64,000 bases of DNA from an uncultured Candidatus Rokubacteria bacterium (GTDB lineage Bacteria > Methylomirabilota > Methylomirabilia > Rokubacteriales > DASRDR01): contig CAWDVE010000017.1 of NCBI GenBank assembly GCA_963805625.1, positions 608,001-672,000 on the forward strand, given 5' to 3'. Positions within the stretch are counted from its first letter, which is position 1; each line of letters begins with the position of its first letter. Of the stretch, positions 28,352 through 40,393 are shown one piece after another. A program made the position numbers and the translations under genes. The notes under the pieces are model-generated. The model saw nothing but the letters and a program-made list of their open reading frames with translations. It had not been told where the DNA came from and did no database searches.

Positions 28352-28792
28352 ATGAGACGAGGACGGGTGGGACCTCGCGGACGGAGAGGCGATCGGCCTG
28401 GGCCACCCAGACGGCCGCGGCCGACGCGGGCTGGCCACGCGCCGGCCACAGAGACGCTGTCTCCGCCTCGGGACGTGCGGGTCATCCGGGGCATCTTCGC
28501 GATGTTGGCGCTTCTCCTGGGCGCGTACTGCCTGATTGCCGCCGCGACGATCCTCTATGCTCAGACCGACCCTGGACATCCGAACCCCGCGGAGCTTGCG
28601 GCCCGGGAGCGCTACCAGTGGCCTGGCTGGATCCCGGTCGCCTTCCTCGCGCTGGTGGTGCTCTACGCGGTGGGTTTCGCCGCCCGGCGTCGGGGTCGTG
28701 CCCGGCGCCGGCTGATCGTTCCGTCCACGCAGGATCCCCCGCCGATCGGCCCGCCTGAGCGCGGTCGGCACCGCGACTCGGCGTCGCGCTGA
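28352..28792 (+). CDS. Small two-TM hypothetical protein
   Basis: Two hydrophobic segments; start uncertain. Confidence 0.45.
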   Translation: MRRGRVGPRGRRGDRPGPPRRPRPTRAGHAPATETLSPPRDVRVIRGIFAMLALLLGAYCLIAAATILYAQTDPGHPNPAELAARERYQWPGWIPVAFLALVVLYAVGFAARRRGRARRRLIVPSTQDPPPIGPPERGRHRDSASR

Positions 28793-28804
28793 CGACAGCC
28801 TGTC
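28775..28804. promoter_or_regulatory. Degenerate copy of the palindromic activator site
   Basis: GACT-CGG-CGTCG-CGCTGA-CGACA-GCC-TGTC; no adjacent promoter assigned. Confidence 0.35.
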
Positions 28805-29099
28805 CGCCGCCGGGAGACGCCTAGGCCCGGTCGGCGGACGCGAGCGTCGAGCGCTTGCGCAACAGCACAAGCGCGATGACGAACACCAGGACCATGATCG
28901 TGAGCAAGCCCGCGCCAGCGTGGCGTGGAGTTTGGGTGAACCGAAGGGATCAGCTTCGCGAACTCGGCCGTCACGACGAGGATCCGGCGCGTCGCGGCGA
29001 TCAGCCCGACGTGAAGCCCCGACCGAGGCGGCTGGGGTTACCCCCGGGCCACGACTCGTGCCGTTCAGACGCTCGCCGGCAGAGAACCTGGAGCGATGG

Positions 29100-29552
29100 T
29101 CAGCGCGCGGTGGCGCTCTCCTCGTGCTTCATGGCCGCCAGCTTGCGCCCCGCTTCCTCAAGCCGGTCCTCGTCCCAGACCTTCTCGATCGTCGGCCAGA
29201 TCTCCTGCTCCTCCTTGCGGATGTGCTGCTCGAGGGCGCCTCGCAGCTTCTTCACCGTCGCCAGCCATTTGTGGTCCGCCACGTCGAGGCCGTCGATCTC
29301 CCTGATCAAGCCCTCCGCTTCCTGCACCTCGTGGTGGTGGGCGCTCTCCCAGTCCGCGAACGTTCGGTCCACCTGGACCTCACGCGCGACCGGCCCGTAG
29401 AGGTGCGTCTCCTCCATCTTTTCGTGCAGCTCGAGCTCGGGACGGAGCTTGGCCCATAGCGCGCCGCGCTGAGGGGCCGGCGCCGCCTCGATTTCCTGGA
29501 ACGCGGCCTTGGCCTTCGCGTGCTCCTCCTTCAGCAACTTGATCGCCTGCAT
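29100..29552 (-). CDS. Hemerythrin (HHE) domain protein
   Basis: EEH, LHEKMEE..YG, HHHE, HIRKEE..WP; RBS AGGAGG. Confidence 0.88.
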   Translation of the reverse strand: MQAIKLLKEEHAKAKAAFQEIEAAPAPQRGALWAKLRPELELHEKMEETHLYGPVAREVQVDRTFADWESAHHHEVQEAEGLIREIDGLDVADHKWLATVKKLRGALEQHIRKEEQEIWPTIEKVWDEDRLEEAGRKLAAMKHEESATAR

Positions 29553-29608
29553 CGCTTCCTCCTTCTAGTCACGCGGCGCACAGGGCCCCCGCGTGAATCG
29601 GGTCATCG

Positions 29609-30298
29609 TCAAGGCATTTGCCGGAGAGCCTGGATGCGGTCATTGGTGCCGGGATGCGTGGCGAACCAGCCGCCGCCGCCGCCGCCCGAAATGCTTGCCA
29701 GCCAGGACAGCGTGTTCTGGAGGGCCTCTTTCGACGAACCCACCCGCCGGAGGAGCGTCACGCCGTGCTTGTCCGCCGCGAGCTCCTCGTTGCGGCCGTA
29801 TGCGCGGGTGATGAGTGTCCCCGCGATGGGTGTGATGATCGCCGAGTTGGGAATCACCTGCTCCAGGATGGCTGCGCCGAGCTCGACGCCGGCCTGGAGA
29901 CGCTGCGCCTTCGCGACGTGGCCGAGATCGTTGTGCGCAAACTCATGGGCCATGATTGCGCGCAGCTGCTCGTCGTTCGCGCGATCCAGCAGACCACGTG
30001 TCACGTAGAACTCGCCGTTGCCGGCGTTGGCGGCGTTCACGCTCGGGTCGGCGAGGATGCCGATCGTGACCTGCGCCGGCGGCCGGTCAGCGGCCTTCGC
30101 GAGCGGCTCGACTACCCGACGGAGCCGCGCCGCATCTTGCACGCTGACGCGCTCCATCGCGGGGCCAGATCGGGAGCCCTGTCCCGTCTGCGAGCCCGTG
30201 CCATCGGGCAGGGGACCCAGCCCCGCGCAGCCGGCGACCAGGAGTCCCGACAACGCGACGGCGATGCGTGTCATTCGAATGGATCGCATATGCCGCAT
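29609..30298 (-). CDS. M48 family metallopeptidase lipoprotein
   Basis: Lipobox VAGC, NAAN, HEFAH, EELAAD, THP; RBS AGGAGG. Confidence 0.88.
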   Translation of the reverse strand: MRHMRSIRMTRIAVALSGLLVAGCAGLGPLPDGTGSQTGQGSRSGPAMERVSVQDAARLRRVVEPLAKAADRPPAQVTIGILADPSVNAANAGNGEFYVTRGLLDRANDEQLRAIMAHEFAHNDLGHVAKAQRLQAGVELGAAILEQVIPNSAIITPIAGTLITRAYGRNEELAADKHGVTLLRRVGSSKEALQNTLSWLASISGGGGGGWFATHPGTNDRIQALRQMP

Positions 30299-30309
30299 CG
30301 GTGTTCCTC

Positions 30310-30525
30310 CTAGCGCTTCGGGAAGTTGGGGATACCGGCGCTCCAGGCGGGCCGCGGCCCCTGGTCGGTTTGCATGATCGTCATGCCCTTGCGGACGGTC
30401 GAGGTGGCACAGCGCTGTCGACGAACCGTCCGACGACTGACTGGGACGATGGCCACCGACGTCGGCGCCTTGGCTGAACGAGCCAGACGCTTGTTGGGAG
30501 CCTGCCGTCTGTTGGAAGATGCCAT
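30310..30525 (-). CDS. Basic 71-aa hypothetical protein (possibly leaderless)
   Basis: ATG 14 nt after -12 C of sigma-54 site; ends at the RBS of M48. Confidence 0.35.
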   Translation of the reverse strand: MASSNRRQAPNKRLARSAKAPTSVAIVPVSRRTVRRQRCATSTVRKGMTIMQTDQGPRPAWSAGIPNFPKR

Positions 30526-30537
30526 GCCCAGGAGCGG

Positions 30538-30553
30538 AGCAAGGCACGTGCCA
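30538..30553 (-). promoter_or_regulatory. sigma-54 promoter
   Basis: Minus strand TGGCACGTGCCTTGCT. Confidence 0.8.
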
Positions 30554-30618
30554 CGCCCGGCCGCGAGCTATTCGCCGTAGAAGCTCACGGCGGTGCCGCC
30601 GGGCGGATCGGGCTGGCG

Positions 30619-30648
30619 GTCATCGAGTCGCTGACTCGACACCCTGTC
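30619..30648. promoter_or_regulatory. Palindromic upstream activator site
   Basis: GTCA-TCG-AGTCG-CTGACT-CGACA-CCC-TGTC. Confidence 0.55.
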
Positions 30649-30668
30649 ACCGGAGCGGTGCGGGGCGA

Positions 30669-31319
30669 TCAGGTGTTCGAGCGGTCACCTTCCAGCACGC
30701 ACACGGCGTCGGGCTCGAGGGTTTGGGGCGCGAGGGTCTCCACGCAGAACAGATGCAGGGCATCCCGGTCGTGCGACCGGTAGCCCACCGCGAGATCGCC
30801 GCCGACAGTGAGGATGAAGTCGCCGCCGCGCATCGAGAAGAGCGCGCCGCCATCCTGCATCACAAGCGAGCGGTGGACCTCGGCGATGATGCTCTTCGTG
30901 TGCCGCGGGACCGGGTAGCCGCGGTTGGCCGCCGCAAGGTACGCGTAGTAGCGATCCGGCGACAGAACCGCCTCGTACGGGCCGGGGACGGTCAGCCGGT
31001 CAAGCGTCTCCACTCCATGGACGAGATCGGCGATCACGCGAGCCGGATCCGACCAGTCCCCGAGCCGAACGCGCGGCGACCCGGGATCCTCGAGGAAGCC
31101 TGTGCCCACGGGCTGGCCGGAGTAGGCGAGGCGGTCTTCCGCGAGCCCCACCTCGCGCGCGGCGTCCTCGGCGGTGGCCGTGTCGAGCGCCGGCCCGCCA
31201 CGCTCGAAGGCCTCGACCGCCGACCAGGGGAGACTGAAATCCGCCCGGATCTGCGCCAGGAGCGCCACCTCCGGCACGCAGACCACCGCCTTTCCCTCAC
31301 GGGTCGCGCAGGCCTTCAT
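30669..31319 (-). pseudogene. Family 1 encapsulin shell protein (Linocin_M18), N-terminally truncated
   Basis: IRADFSL..ERGG..AAREVGLAEDRL, GPYEAVL, GYPV, RGGDFILTVGGDLAVGYRSHD; lacks the N-terminal RxxAPI/GP-G segment. Confidence 0.82.
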
Positions 31320-31881
31320 GGTACCGGACCAGGAACGCGCCGTCCTCGTACTGGAGCCGCAGCTCCTGGTTCTCGAGGATGCGGCCGTAGTGGTCCTCGA
31401 GGATGGGGAGGAGGACCCGATTTCGCAGCTCAGGCTTGAGCGGTTCCCAGTCGATGTCGAAGAACCGCGCGAACCGGGAGGCCGGCCCGTTCTCGAGCAC
31501 GTCTTGCCACCAGGCGTTCCGGCGCTCCGATGATGCCCATGTGGTTCGGAACGACGTCGATCAGCTGGCCCATCCCGTGCGCGCGGAGAGCCTCCGCGAG
31601 CGCCCCGTAGCCGGCCTCTCCGCCGAGGTCCTCGTTCAGCTGTCCGTGGTCGGCCACGTCGTAGCCGTGGGAGCCCGGAGCACAGGGCTGGAGGATGGGG
31701 GAAAGATAGCAGTCGGTGATCCCCAGCTCGGCCAGGTAGGGCACGAGGTCGCGAGCGCCGCCGAACGTCAGGTTCGCCCCAAGCTGAAGGCGATAGGTGG
31801 CACTCGGGATCGTCGAGCCGCGGGGCGCAGGCCCTCCAATGCTGTCAGGATGCCGCGGCGCCTCGGCCCGCCCGGCGGCCG

Positions 31882-31885
<4 letters not shown>
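31297..31885 (-). pseudogene. treY: Malto-oligosyltrehalose synthase, N-terminal ~190 aa only, frameshifted
   Basis: ATYRLQ, YLSPI, GSHGYDV, DVVPNHMG, FFDIDW, VLLPIL. Confidence 0.85.
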
Positions 31886-34028
<2,143 letters not shown>

Positions 34029-34032
<4 letters not shown>

Positions 34033-35051
34033 TTCCCCGAGCCGGTGCCGACCGGCTCGGTCAGGCGGTCCAGCCACGGGGGCCTGATGCCCAGGCGCTC
34101 GAGGCTCTCGACCACCCGGCGCGGCGATCCCCAGTCACACCAGGTCACGCCGGTCAGTGTCGTGACGGCGAGCATCGGGGTCAGGTTCTGCAAGACGTCG
34201 CGCGAGAAGTTGCCCACGGGGATTGCCGCGCTCACCCGCCGAATGGCTTCGGTTCGAGCTCCGCGTCCGACGGCATGCACCATGCGCTCGAGGCCGGAGT
34301 GGATCCGGGGGACGCACCGCCGGCCGGCCTCGACGAGGGTCCTCGCCTTGGCCACGAACACAAAGGTGTTCCACGATGCCCCGGCTGCCAGGCACGCGTG
34401 CGCTGCGTCCGGGGACGGTTTCTCGACGAATCGATGGACCGCCCGGACCTGGATCCCGCCGGCGCGGCCGAGCGTCGGCCCCGGCTCGATCCACCCGTAC
34501 TCCGTTTCCGCGGCCGTGGCCGGGACCCCCAGAAGGACGATGCGCCCGAAGTTCTCGTCCACGAAGGCGGCTGCCTGGGCGACCTGGGTCATGAAAGCCT
34601 CTTCCTCCAGGACGAGGTGGTCCGACGGAAACACGGCCACGGTGGCGCCGGGAGCCCGTCTCAGAATCCAGTGAGCCGGCAGGAGCACGCCCGCGGCCGT
34701 TCCGCGGTCGGCCGACTGAAGCAGGATGGTCGCGCCATGGCCGGGCATCGACCCCGCCAAGTGGGCTGCGTGGCTCTCGACACTGACGACAACGGTCCGC
34801 TGGGCGGGGATGCGGAGCGCCGCACGGTCCAGGGTCCGCTGGAGCAGGGAGCGGGATCCCGTCAGCGTCACATATTGCTTGGGCCGTTCGTCCCCGCAGA
34901 TGACACGCGTGAGAGGCCGGAGACGAATCCCCTCGCCACCGGCGAGGACGATCCCCCAGAGCTCCGCGGGAGGTGAGGCGAGCGGTGGGGACCCCGACGC
35001 GGCGTAGGTCTCGGGTCTGGCATAGGACGCGACCGCGGTGGGAGGAGTCAT
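34029..35051 (-). CDS. Mannose-1-phosphate guanylyltransferase-like sugar nucleotidyltransferase
   Basis: [38 protein letters not shown]. Confidence 0.85.
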
Positions 35052-35063
35052 GCTGGACGCGGA

Positions 35064-35079
35064 TGCAACGCTGATTCCA
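35064..35079 (-). promoter_or_regulatory. sigma-54 promoter
   Basis: Minus strand TGGAATCAGCGTTGCA; ATG 14 nt after -12 C. Confidence 0.65.
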
Positions 35080-35183
35080 CGGGATTTCGCCATCCCGCTG
35101 GAGAGACCTGTCGTGAATTTCGTGCAGCAACGCCAATCGCGAATCGGATCGACGCCGGCTAGAGTCCGCAGCTTGAATCCGAC

Positions 35184-35213
35184 GACATCATGTCGCGTGG
35201 GCGACATCCTGAC
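35184..35213. promoter_or_regulatory. Palindromic upstream activator site
   Basis: GACA-TCA-TGTCG-CGTGGG-CGACA-TCC-TGAC. Confidence 0.7.
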
Positions 35214-35280
35214 GGCGCCGGGCGACGCGACAGTCGTCGGATTTCGAGCTGGCGAGACTATCCCGCGCGGGTTACCGAGT

Positions 35281-35364
35281 TCAAGCGGATGGCCCCTTGG
35301 CGCACTCTGGACACACCTCCCTCTCGCTGTCGTACGCGATACCGTGCGCCTTACACCGAACCAT
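35281..35364 (-). CDS. 27-aa putative zinc-binding microprotein
   Basis: MVRCKAHGIAYDSEREVCPECAKGPSA; CxxH..CxxC; GAGGT RBS. Confidence 0.5.
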   Translation of the reverse strand: MVRCKAHGIAYDSEREVCPECAKGPSA

Positions 35365-35491
35365 TTGGACCTCGGAGCCCTTCGCCGGCTGGCTAGGCGT
35401 CGGGGTTGTCACGGGGCAGGGTGGACAGGGTGTCCCCGCACCGGCGGAGGGCATCACACGACCCGGCGGCATGGACCGTGCACCCCTGCCG

Positions 35492-35803
35492 TCAGTTGTG
35501 ACGCCACTGCCCATCGACCCACACCGAGCCAGTCGCCTGTGTCTCCCAGTGGCCCGGCACCCAGACGAAGCCCTGTGGGGGGATGGTCCAATGTCCCGGC
35601 ACCCAGACGTACGTCCGGCTGGCCGGCTGCCACGTGTAGGACCCGGGGACCCAGACGTAGCTCGGGCCGGGCTGCGCCGGCACCGCTTCCACGGGAGCCG
35701 CGGGCGGCGGTGGCGGGGCCTGCATCGTCCTGGGCGGCATGTAGCAGCCGCCCAGGAGCAGGAGCGACATCAGGAGCCCTTCCAGGATGGACCGACTCTT
35801 CAT
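35492..35803 (-). CDS. YXWGXW/WXXGXW repeat lipoprotein
   Basis: Lipobox LGGC; YVWVPGSY, YVWVPGHW, FVWVPGHW, VWVDGQW repeats. Confidence 0.85.
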   Translation of the reverse strand: MKSRSILEGLLMSLLLLGGCYMPPRTMQAPPPPPAAPVEAVPAQPGPSYVWVPGSYTWQPASRTYVWVPGHWTIPPQGFVWVPGHWETQATGSVWVDGQWRHN

Positions 35804-35966
35804 ATTCTGCTCCGTCCGTACTCGCGCGTTCGGTCGATCGAACGAGCGAGGCTGGCTGCGTCGTCAACGTTCGCCGCCCTCTTCCCCGCTACAGGCGATG
35901 CTGCGGTTCATGCGCTTCGTTCTCCCTGGCACTCGATCGATCCGCACCTTCTGAGTGGGCGAGCGG

Positions 35967-35982
35967 AGCAAGGCACGTGCCA
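35967..35982 (-). promoter_or_regulatory. sigma-54 promoter
   Basis: Minus strand TGGCACGTGCCTTGCT (identical to 30538). Confidence 0.8.
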
Positions 35983-36057
35983 GTGGAGTCGCCGCCCCGC
36001 ATGTGTCCGCGTGCGGCAACTACCCGCGAAATCGATGAGAATGCCTCGAGGCTCAAC

Positions 36058-36087
36058 GCCACCCTGTCGCCCGCACGCCGGGCTGTC
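36058..36087. promoter_or_regulatory. Degenerate palindromic activator site
   Basis: GCCA-CCC-TGTCG-CCCGCA-CGCCG-GGC-TGTC. Confidence 0.4.
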
Positions 36088-36119
36088 GCGCGTCGGACGC
36101 GTGCTAAACTGAGGCCCCC

Positions 36120-37598
36120 GTGGGGCTGAGACTTCGCCTGTTCCTACTCCTCCTCGTGCCGATGGTGCTGGTCGTCGCCCTCTTCGCATACGTTCTAGTC
36201 CAGGATGAGCGCGCCCAGCGGCGGGCGGAGTTCGACCTGCGCGTGAGCGTCACGAGCGCGGCGATCCGACTCGCGGTGGAGAACGCGCTTCGCAGCGGCA
36301 CGCCGGTCGACGTGGAGCGTCTGGCCCGTGATCTGGTCGTAAAGCAAACCGAGATCGTCCGGATCCGATTGCTCGACCGGAGCCTTTCGCCACGCGTCGA
36401 CGCGAACCTTCTCACCGGCGACCCCGGCGTGCCCCTCGATCGACATCGCCAGGTCCGGGACACGGGCCAGCCTGCGGTCGTGGAGCACCAGAGTGGCGGC
36501 ATCCGGCTCCACACGATGCTGCTCCCGGTCCGGTCCTCCGGGAACGACGAAGGGGTGCTCGAGATCGCCTTCATCGCGGGCCGCCTGGAGGCCGAACTTC
36601 TGGGCGAGAGCTACAAGATCGCGCTGCGGGGCGGTGTCCTCGTCCTCTTGCTGGGCCTCGTTGTCTGGGTGGCCCTGCAGCGCCTCGTGTTCCGGCCGGT
36701 CGCCGACCTGATGCAGGGCATCGAGCGTGTCGCGGCCGGCGAGTCCCGCGCGCCCGTCCCGGTCCGGAGCCGCGACGAGCTGGGGAAGGTGGCGGCGGCC
36801 TTCAACCGGATGACAGAACGGCTGGAGGACGCTCGCGGGCGGGCGGAGACCGAGACGGACCGGTCGCTCGAGCTCATGCGCCGGCTACGACAGACCGAGT
36901 CGCTCGCGATCGCCGGCAAGCTCTGCTCGAGCATGGCCCACGAGGTGGGGACGCCGCTCAACATCATCGCCGGGCGCGCCGAGCTGACACTCCGCGCGCT
37001 GCCAACGGACTCGCCGCTCCGCGAAGACCTCAACGTCATCATCACCCAGATCGACCGGATCTCCCGGATGATCCGTGCGGCCCTGGATCCCTTCCGCCAG
37101 CGAGAGCCCGAGCGAGCGGCTGTCGCGCCCGCGTCGGTCACGGACGCGCTGCGGCCGCTTCTCCAGCACTTCGCCAAGGGTCGCGGCGTGACCCTCGCGG
37201 TCTCGATCCCGCCGGCCCTTCCGCAGGTGTGCGTCGACCCCGGGCACCTCCAGCAGGTCCTGATCAACCTCCTGACGAACGCCATCGAAGCGACTCCGGC
37301 GGGGGGGCGGGTCGAGGTCAAGGGTGCCCGCCGGGCCGACGAAGGTCGGCCCGGCGTTGTCATCACGGTGCGGGACACGGGCGCAGGGATCCCGGAGAAC
37401 GTCCTACCCCGGATCTTCGATCCCTTCTTCAGCACCAAGCCCGCTCGCGAAGGGGCCGGTCTCGGCCTCGCCATCTGTCGGGACCTCGTGAGGTCAAATG
37501 GAAGCGAGATCCACGTGGCGAGCACGCCCGGCGAGGGCACCACCTTCACCGTCTGGCTTCCAGAGGCCGGGCCTGAAGACAGGAAGGAGCAGTCATGA
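36120..37598 (+). CDS. Membrane HAMP sensor histidine kinase (NtrB/ZraS-like)
   Basis: 2 TMs, HAMP (DELGKVAAAFNRM), AHEVGTPLN, NAIEA, DTGAGI, FFSTK, GLGL. Confidence 0.92.
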   Translation: MGLRLRLFLLLLVPMVLVVALFAYVLVQDERAQRRAEFDLRVSVTSAAIRLAVENALRSGTPVDVERLARDLVVKQTEIVRIRLLDRSLSPRVDANLLTGDPGVPLDRHRQVRDTGQPAVVEHQSGGIRLHTMLLPVRSSGNDEGVLEIAFIAGRLEAELLGESYKIALRGGVLVLLLGLVVWVALQRLVFRPVADLMQGIERVAAGESRAPVPVRSRDELGKVAAAFNRMTERLEDARGRAETETDRSLELMRRLRQTESLAIAGKLCSSMAHEVGTPLNIIAGRAELTLRALPTDSPLREDLNVIITQIDRISRMIRAALDPFRQREPERAAVAPASVTDALRPLLQHFAKGRGVTLAVSIPPALPQVCVDPGHLQQVLINLLTNAIEATPAGGRVEVKGARRADEGRPGVVITVRDTGAGIPENVLPRIFDPFFSTKPAREGAGLGLAICRDLVRSNGSEIHVASTPGEGTTFTVWLPEAGPEDRKEQS

Positions 37599-38962
37599 AG
37601 CCCCGAATCCTCGTGGTGGACAACGATCCCGATATGGTGGCGCTTCTCCGGCGTCATCTGGAGGTGGAAGGCTGGGCGGTGACGGCCGTGACGGGAGGGG
37701 AGGACGCCCAGACCGCGCTCGGGCGCGAGGAGTACGCGGTCGTCCTGACTGACCTCGTCATGGAGCCGGTGGACGGCCTGGCCGTGCTTCGAGAGGCCCA
37801 GCGCGTCCAGCCACGGGCGCGCGTGATCCTCATGACCGCGTTCGGGAGCCTCGAGAGCGCGATCGATGCCATGCGTCAGGGCGCGTACGACTACCTGACC
37901 AAGCCCTTCAAGCTTCCGGAGCTGTCGCTGGTCGTCAAGCGGGCCGTGGAGGACCAGCAGATCCGGGAGGAAAACCGTCGGCTCCGGGCCGAGGTCGAGC
38001 GCCGCTACAGCTTCGACAATATCCTCGGCCGGTCGAAGGCGATGGAGGCCGTGTTCGAGCAGATCCGGGTGGTGGCGGACACCGATGCTCCGGTCCTGCT
38101 CCTGGGCGACAGCGGCTCGGGCAAGGAGCTCGTGTCGCGGGCGATCCACTGGCACAGCGGCCGGCGCGAGGGTCGGTTCGTCGCCGTCAACTGTGCGGCC
38201 ATTCCTGAGACCCTGCTGGAATCCGAGCTGTTTGGCCACGAGAGGGGAGCCTTCACCGGCGCTGACCGGAAGCGGCGGGGCCTCTTCGTTGAGGCCCAGG
38301 GTGGCACCCTCCTTCTCGATGAGATCGCCGAGATGCCCCAGTCACTGCAGGTCAAACTGCTCCGTGCCCTCCAGGACCGCGTCGTCCGGCCTGTGGGCGG
38401 CAACGAGGAGATCAAGGTGGATCTGCGTCTCATCAGCGCGACCAACCGGGATCTGCCGGCCTTCGTGCGGCAGGGGAAGTTCCGGGAGGACCTCTACTAC
38501 CGTCTGGCCGTCATCCCCATCCGGATCCCCAGCCTCAAGGAACGGCCGGAGGACATCCCGCTTCTCGCCGAGCACTTCCTGAAGCGGGCGGCGGCCGGGA
38601 TGGGCAAGGAGATCGAAGGCTTTGACGAGGAGGCACTCAAGTGGCTCCTCGAGCACAACTGGCCGGGGAACGTCCGCGAGTTGGAGAACGTCGTCGAGCG
38701 GGCGGCGACCCTCGCCAAGGGCCGGCACATCACGCGGGACGACCTCCGGATCGAGTTCACCCCCGGCTCGACCGGCGAGCTGGGGGTGCGCCCATCCCTG
38801 GCCGAGGTGGAGAGCCAGTACATCCGCCGCGTCCTCGACGAGGTCCGAGGCGACAAGCGGGCCGCGGCCCGTATCCTCGGGATCAGCGTACGGACACTTC
38901 AGCGGATGCAGGCCAACATGATGCGCGTGGGCCCAGGGTTCACGGACCAGCAGTCGTCATGA
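37595..38962 (+). CDS. sigma-54-dependent NtrC-family response regulator (REC-AAA+-HTH)
   Basis: GDSGSGKE, ESELFGHERGAFTGA, LDEI, WPGNVREL, C-terminal AARILGISVRTL HTH. Confidence 0.95.
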   Translation: MKPRILVVDNDPDMVALLRRHLEVEGWAVTAVTGGEDAQTALGREEYAVVLTDLVMEPVDGLAVLREAQRVQPRARVILMTAFGSLESAIDAMRQGAYDYLTKPFKLPELSLVVKRAVEDQQIREENRRLRAEVERRYSFDNILGRSKAMEAVFEQIRVVADTDAPVLLLGDSGSGKELVSRAIHWHSGRREGRFVAVNCAAIPETLLESELFGHERGAFTGADRKRRGLFVEAQGGTLLLDEIAEMPQSLQVKLLRALQDRVVRPVGGNEEIKVDLRLISATNRDLPAFVRQGKFREDLYYRLAVIPIRIPSLKERPEDIPLLAEHFLKRAAAGMGKEIEGFDEEALKWLLEHNWPGNVRELENVVERAATLAKGRHITRDDLRIEFTPGSTGELGVRPSLAEVESQYIRRVLDEVRGDKRAAARILGISVRTLQRMQANMMRVGPGFTDQQSS

Positions 38963-38964
38963 TC

Positions 38965-38980
38965 TGGCACGCGCTTTGCT
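38965..38980 (+). promoter_or_regulatory. sigma-54 promoter
   Basis: TGGCACGCGCTTTGCT; ATG 14 nt after -12 C. Confidence 0.8.
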
Positions 38981-38992
38981 ACATTCAGTGGC

Positions 38993-39442
38993 ATGGGAGT
39001 CTCCTGGTTCGGCAGAAGGGAGGTAGTCGTGCGTGAGGCCGACGACCGTCCGGGGCCGACCGCGCGGGTGCTCGTCGTCGATGACGACGACGAGATGCGG
39101 GCTCTCCTGCGCAGAACGCTCGAAGCCGACGGATTCCAGGTGACGGAGCGGGATCGTGGCACGCGCGTGGTGGAGACGCTCCGCGGGGCGCCGTTCGATC
39201 TGATCATCCTGGACAAGGAGATGCCTGGGCTCACTGGTCTCGACCTCCTGCCGGTGCTGCATCGCGAGTTTCCGCAGGTGCCCGTGGTGCTCGTGACCGC
39301 GTTCGGCGGCGGTCAGGTCGCGGCGAGCGCGCTGCGGCTCGGCGCGGCCAGCTATCTCGAGAAACCCTTCAAACTCGGGCAGCTCCGCGATGCCATCGAT
39401 GGCCTCGTCTCGCGGTCAGGAGACGAGCCCCGAGCGAGCTGA
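38993..39442 (+). CDS. Single-domain response regulator
   Basis: VLVVDDD, ILDKEMPGLTG, VTAFG, YLEKPF. Confidence 0.88.
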   Translation: MGVSWFGRREVVVREADDRPGPTARVLVVDDDDEMRALLRRTLEADGFQVTERDRGTRVVETLRGAPFDLIILDKEMPGLTGLDLLPVLHREFPQVPVVLVTAFGGGQVAASALRLGAASYLEKPFKLGQLRDAIDGLVSRSGDEPRAS

Positions 39443-39454
39443 CAGGCACGCCCC

Positions 39455-40393
39455 GTGCCGCGAAATCTCGCTGTGAACGCGGCGAGCTTCCCCCCGGAGG
39501 GTGCGGCCTTGGCCGGGTCCGATGCCGCCCTCGACCAGGAAACGCGGCGTGTGTATCTCGAGGCGCTGGCAGCGCTCCGCCAGGGCGGCGTGGAGTTCCT
39601 GATCGGTGGAGCTCACGCTCTCGCCCCGTACACCGGCATTGTCCGGGACACGAAGGACCTGGACGTCTTCCTCCGGAAGGAGGACTGCGAGTCGGCGCTC
39701 GCCGTGCTTGGTGAGGCCGGCTTCGCGACCGAGCTCACGTTCCCGCACTGGCTGGGCAAGGCGTATGCCGGGGATCGCTTCATCGATCTCATCTTCGGCG
39801 CGGGCAACGGCGTTGCCATGGTCGACGACCTCTGGTTCACGCATGCCGCCCCCGGCCGTGTGCTCGGTGTCCCGGTCCGGCTCTGCCCGCCCGAGGAGAT
39901 GATCTGGTCCAAGGCTTTCATCATGGAGCGCGAACGTTACGACGGTGCCGACGTCGCCCACCTGATGCTGGCCTGCGGGGGGGAGCTGGACTGGCGCCGG
40001 CTACTGTGGCGCTTCGGCGGGCGGTGGCGCGTGCTCTTGAGCCACCTCGTCCTCTTTGGCTTCATCTATCCGGGCGAGCGAGCCGTCATCCCCGACGCGG
40101 TGATGGCCCATCTCCTGCACCGGCTCGACCGGGAGCGAGTCGGGGCACAGGACGCCCGCGTGTGCGATGGGACCTTGCTCTCCCGGCAGCAGTACCTGTT
40201 CGACGTCACCGGACGCGGGTACTCGGACGGCCGCCTCACACCCCGCGGCGAGATGACGGCGGCCGAGGTCGCACACTGGACGGCGGCGATCCCGACGAGT
40301 CCCGCGTCTCCACTGCCGGATCTGCCCCCCGGTCTCTCCGTCATCCGTCGGAATGGACGTCCGGCTCCCCGTGCGCGTCGCCGCCGTCGGTGA
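39455..40393 (+). CDS. Minimal-type nucleotidyltransferase family protein
   Basis: FLIGGAHAL..TKDLDVF (GG/DxD), IDLIF, ERYDGADV. Confidence 0.8.
   Translation: MPRNLAVNAASFPPEGAALAGSDAALDQETRRVYLEALAALRQGGVEFLIGGAHALAPYTGIVRDTKDLDVFLRKEDCESALAVLGEAGFATELTFPHWLGKAYAGDRFIDLIFGAGNGVAMVDDLWFTHAAPGRVLGVPVRLCPPEEMIWSKAFIMERERYDGADVAHLMLACGGELDWRRLLWRFGGRWRVLLSHLVLFGFIYPGERAVIPDAVMAHLLHRLDRERVGAQDARVCDGTLLSRQQYLFDVTGRGYSDGRLTPRGEMTAAEVAHWTAAIPTSPASPLPDLPPGLSVIRRNGRPAPRARRRRR

Noticed and set aside
29100-29552. Hemerythrin as cargo of the nearby encapsulin
   Set aside because: No LxIGSL-like targeting peptide at either end, and it is separated from the shell gene by a promoter and M48.
29609-29624. 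Possible sigma-54 site before hemerythrin (CGGCAAATGCCTTGA)
   Set aside because: -12 is TTGA rather than TTGC, and it lies within the M48 coding end.
39444-39459. Possible sigma-54 site AGGCACGCCCCGTGCC
   Set aside because: Poor -12 (GTGC) and better explained as a short hairpin; the gene is likely co-transcribed from 38965.
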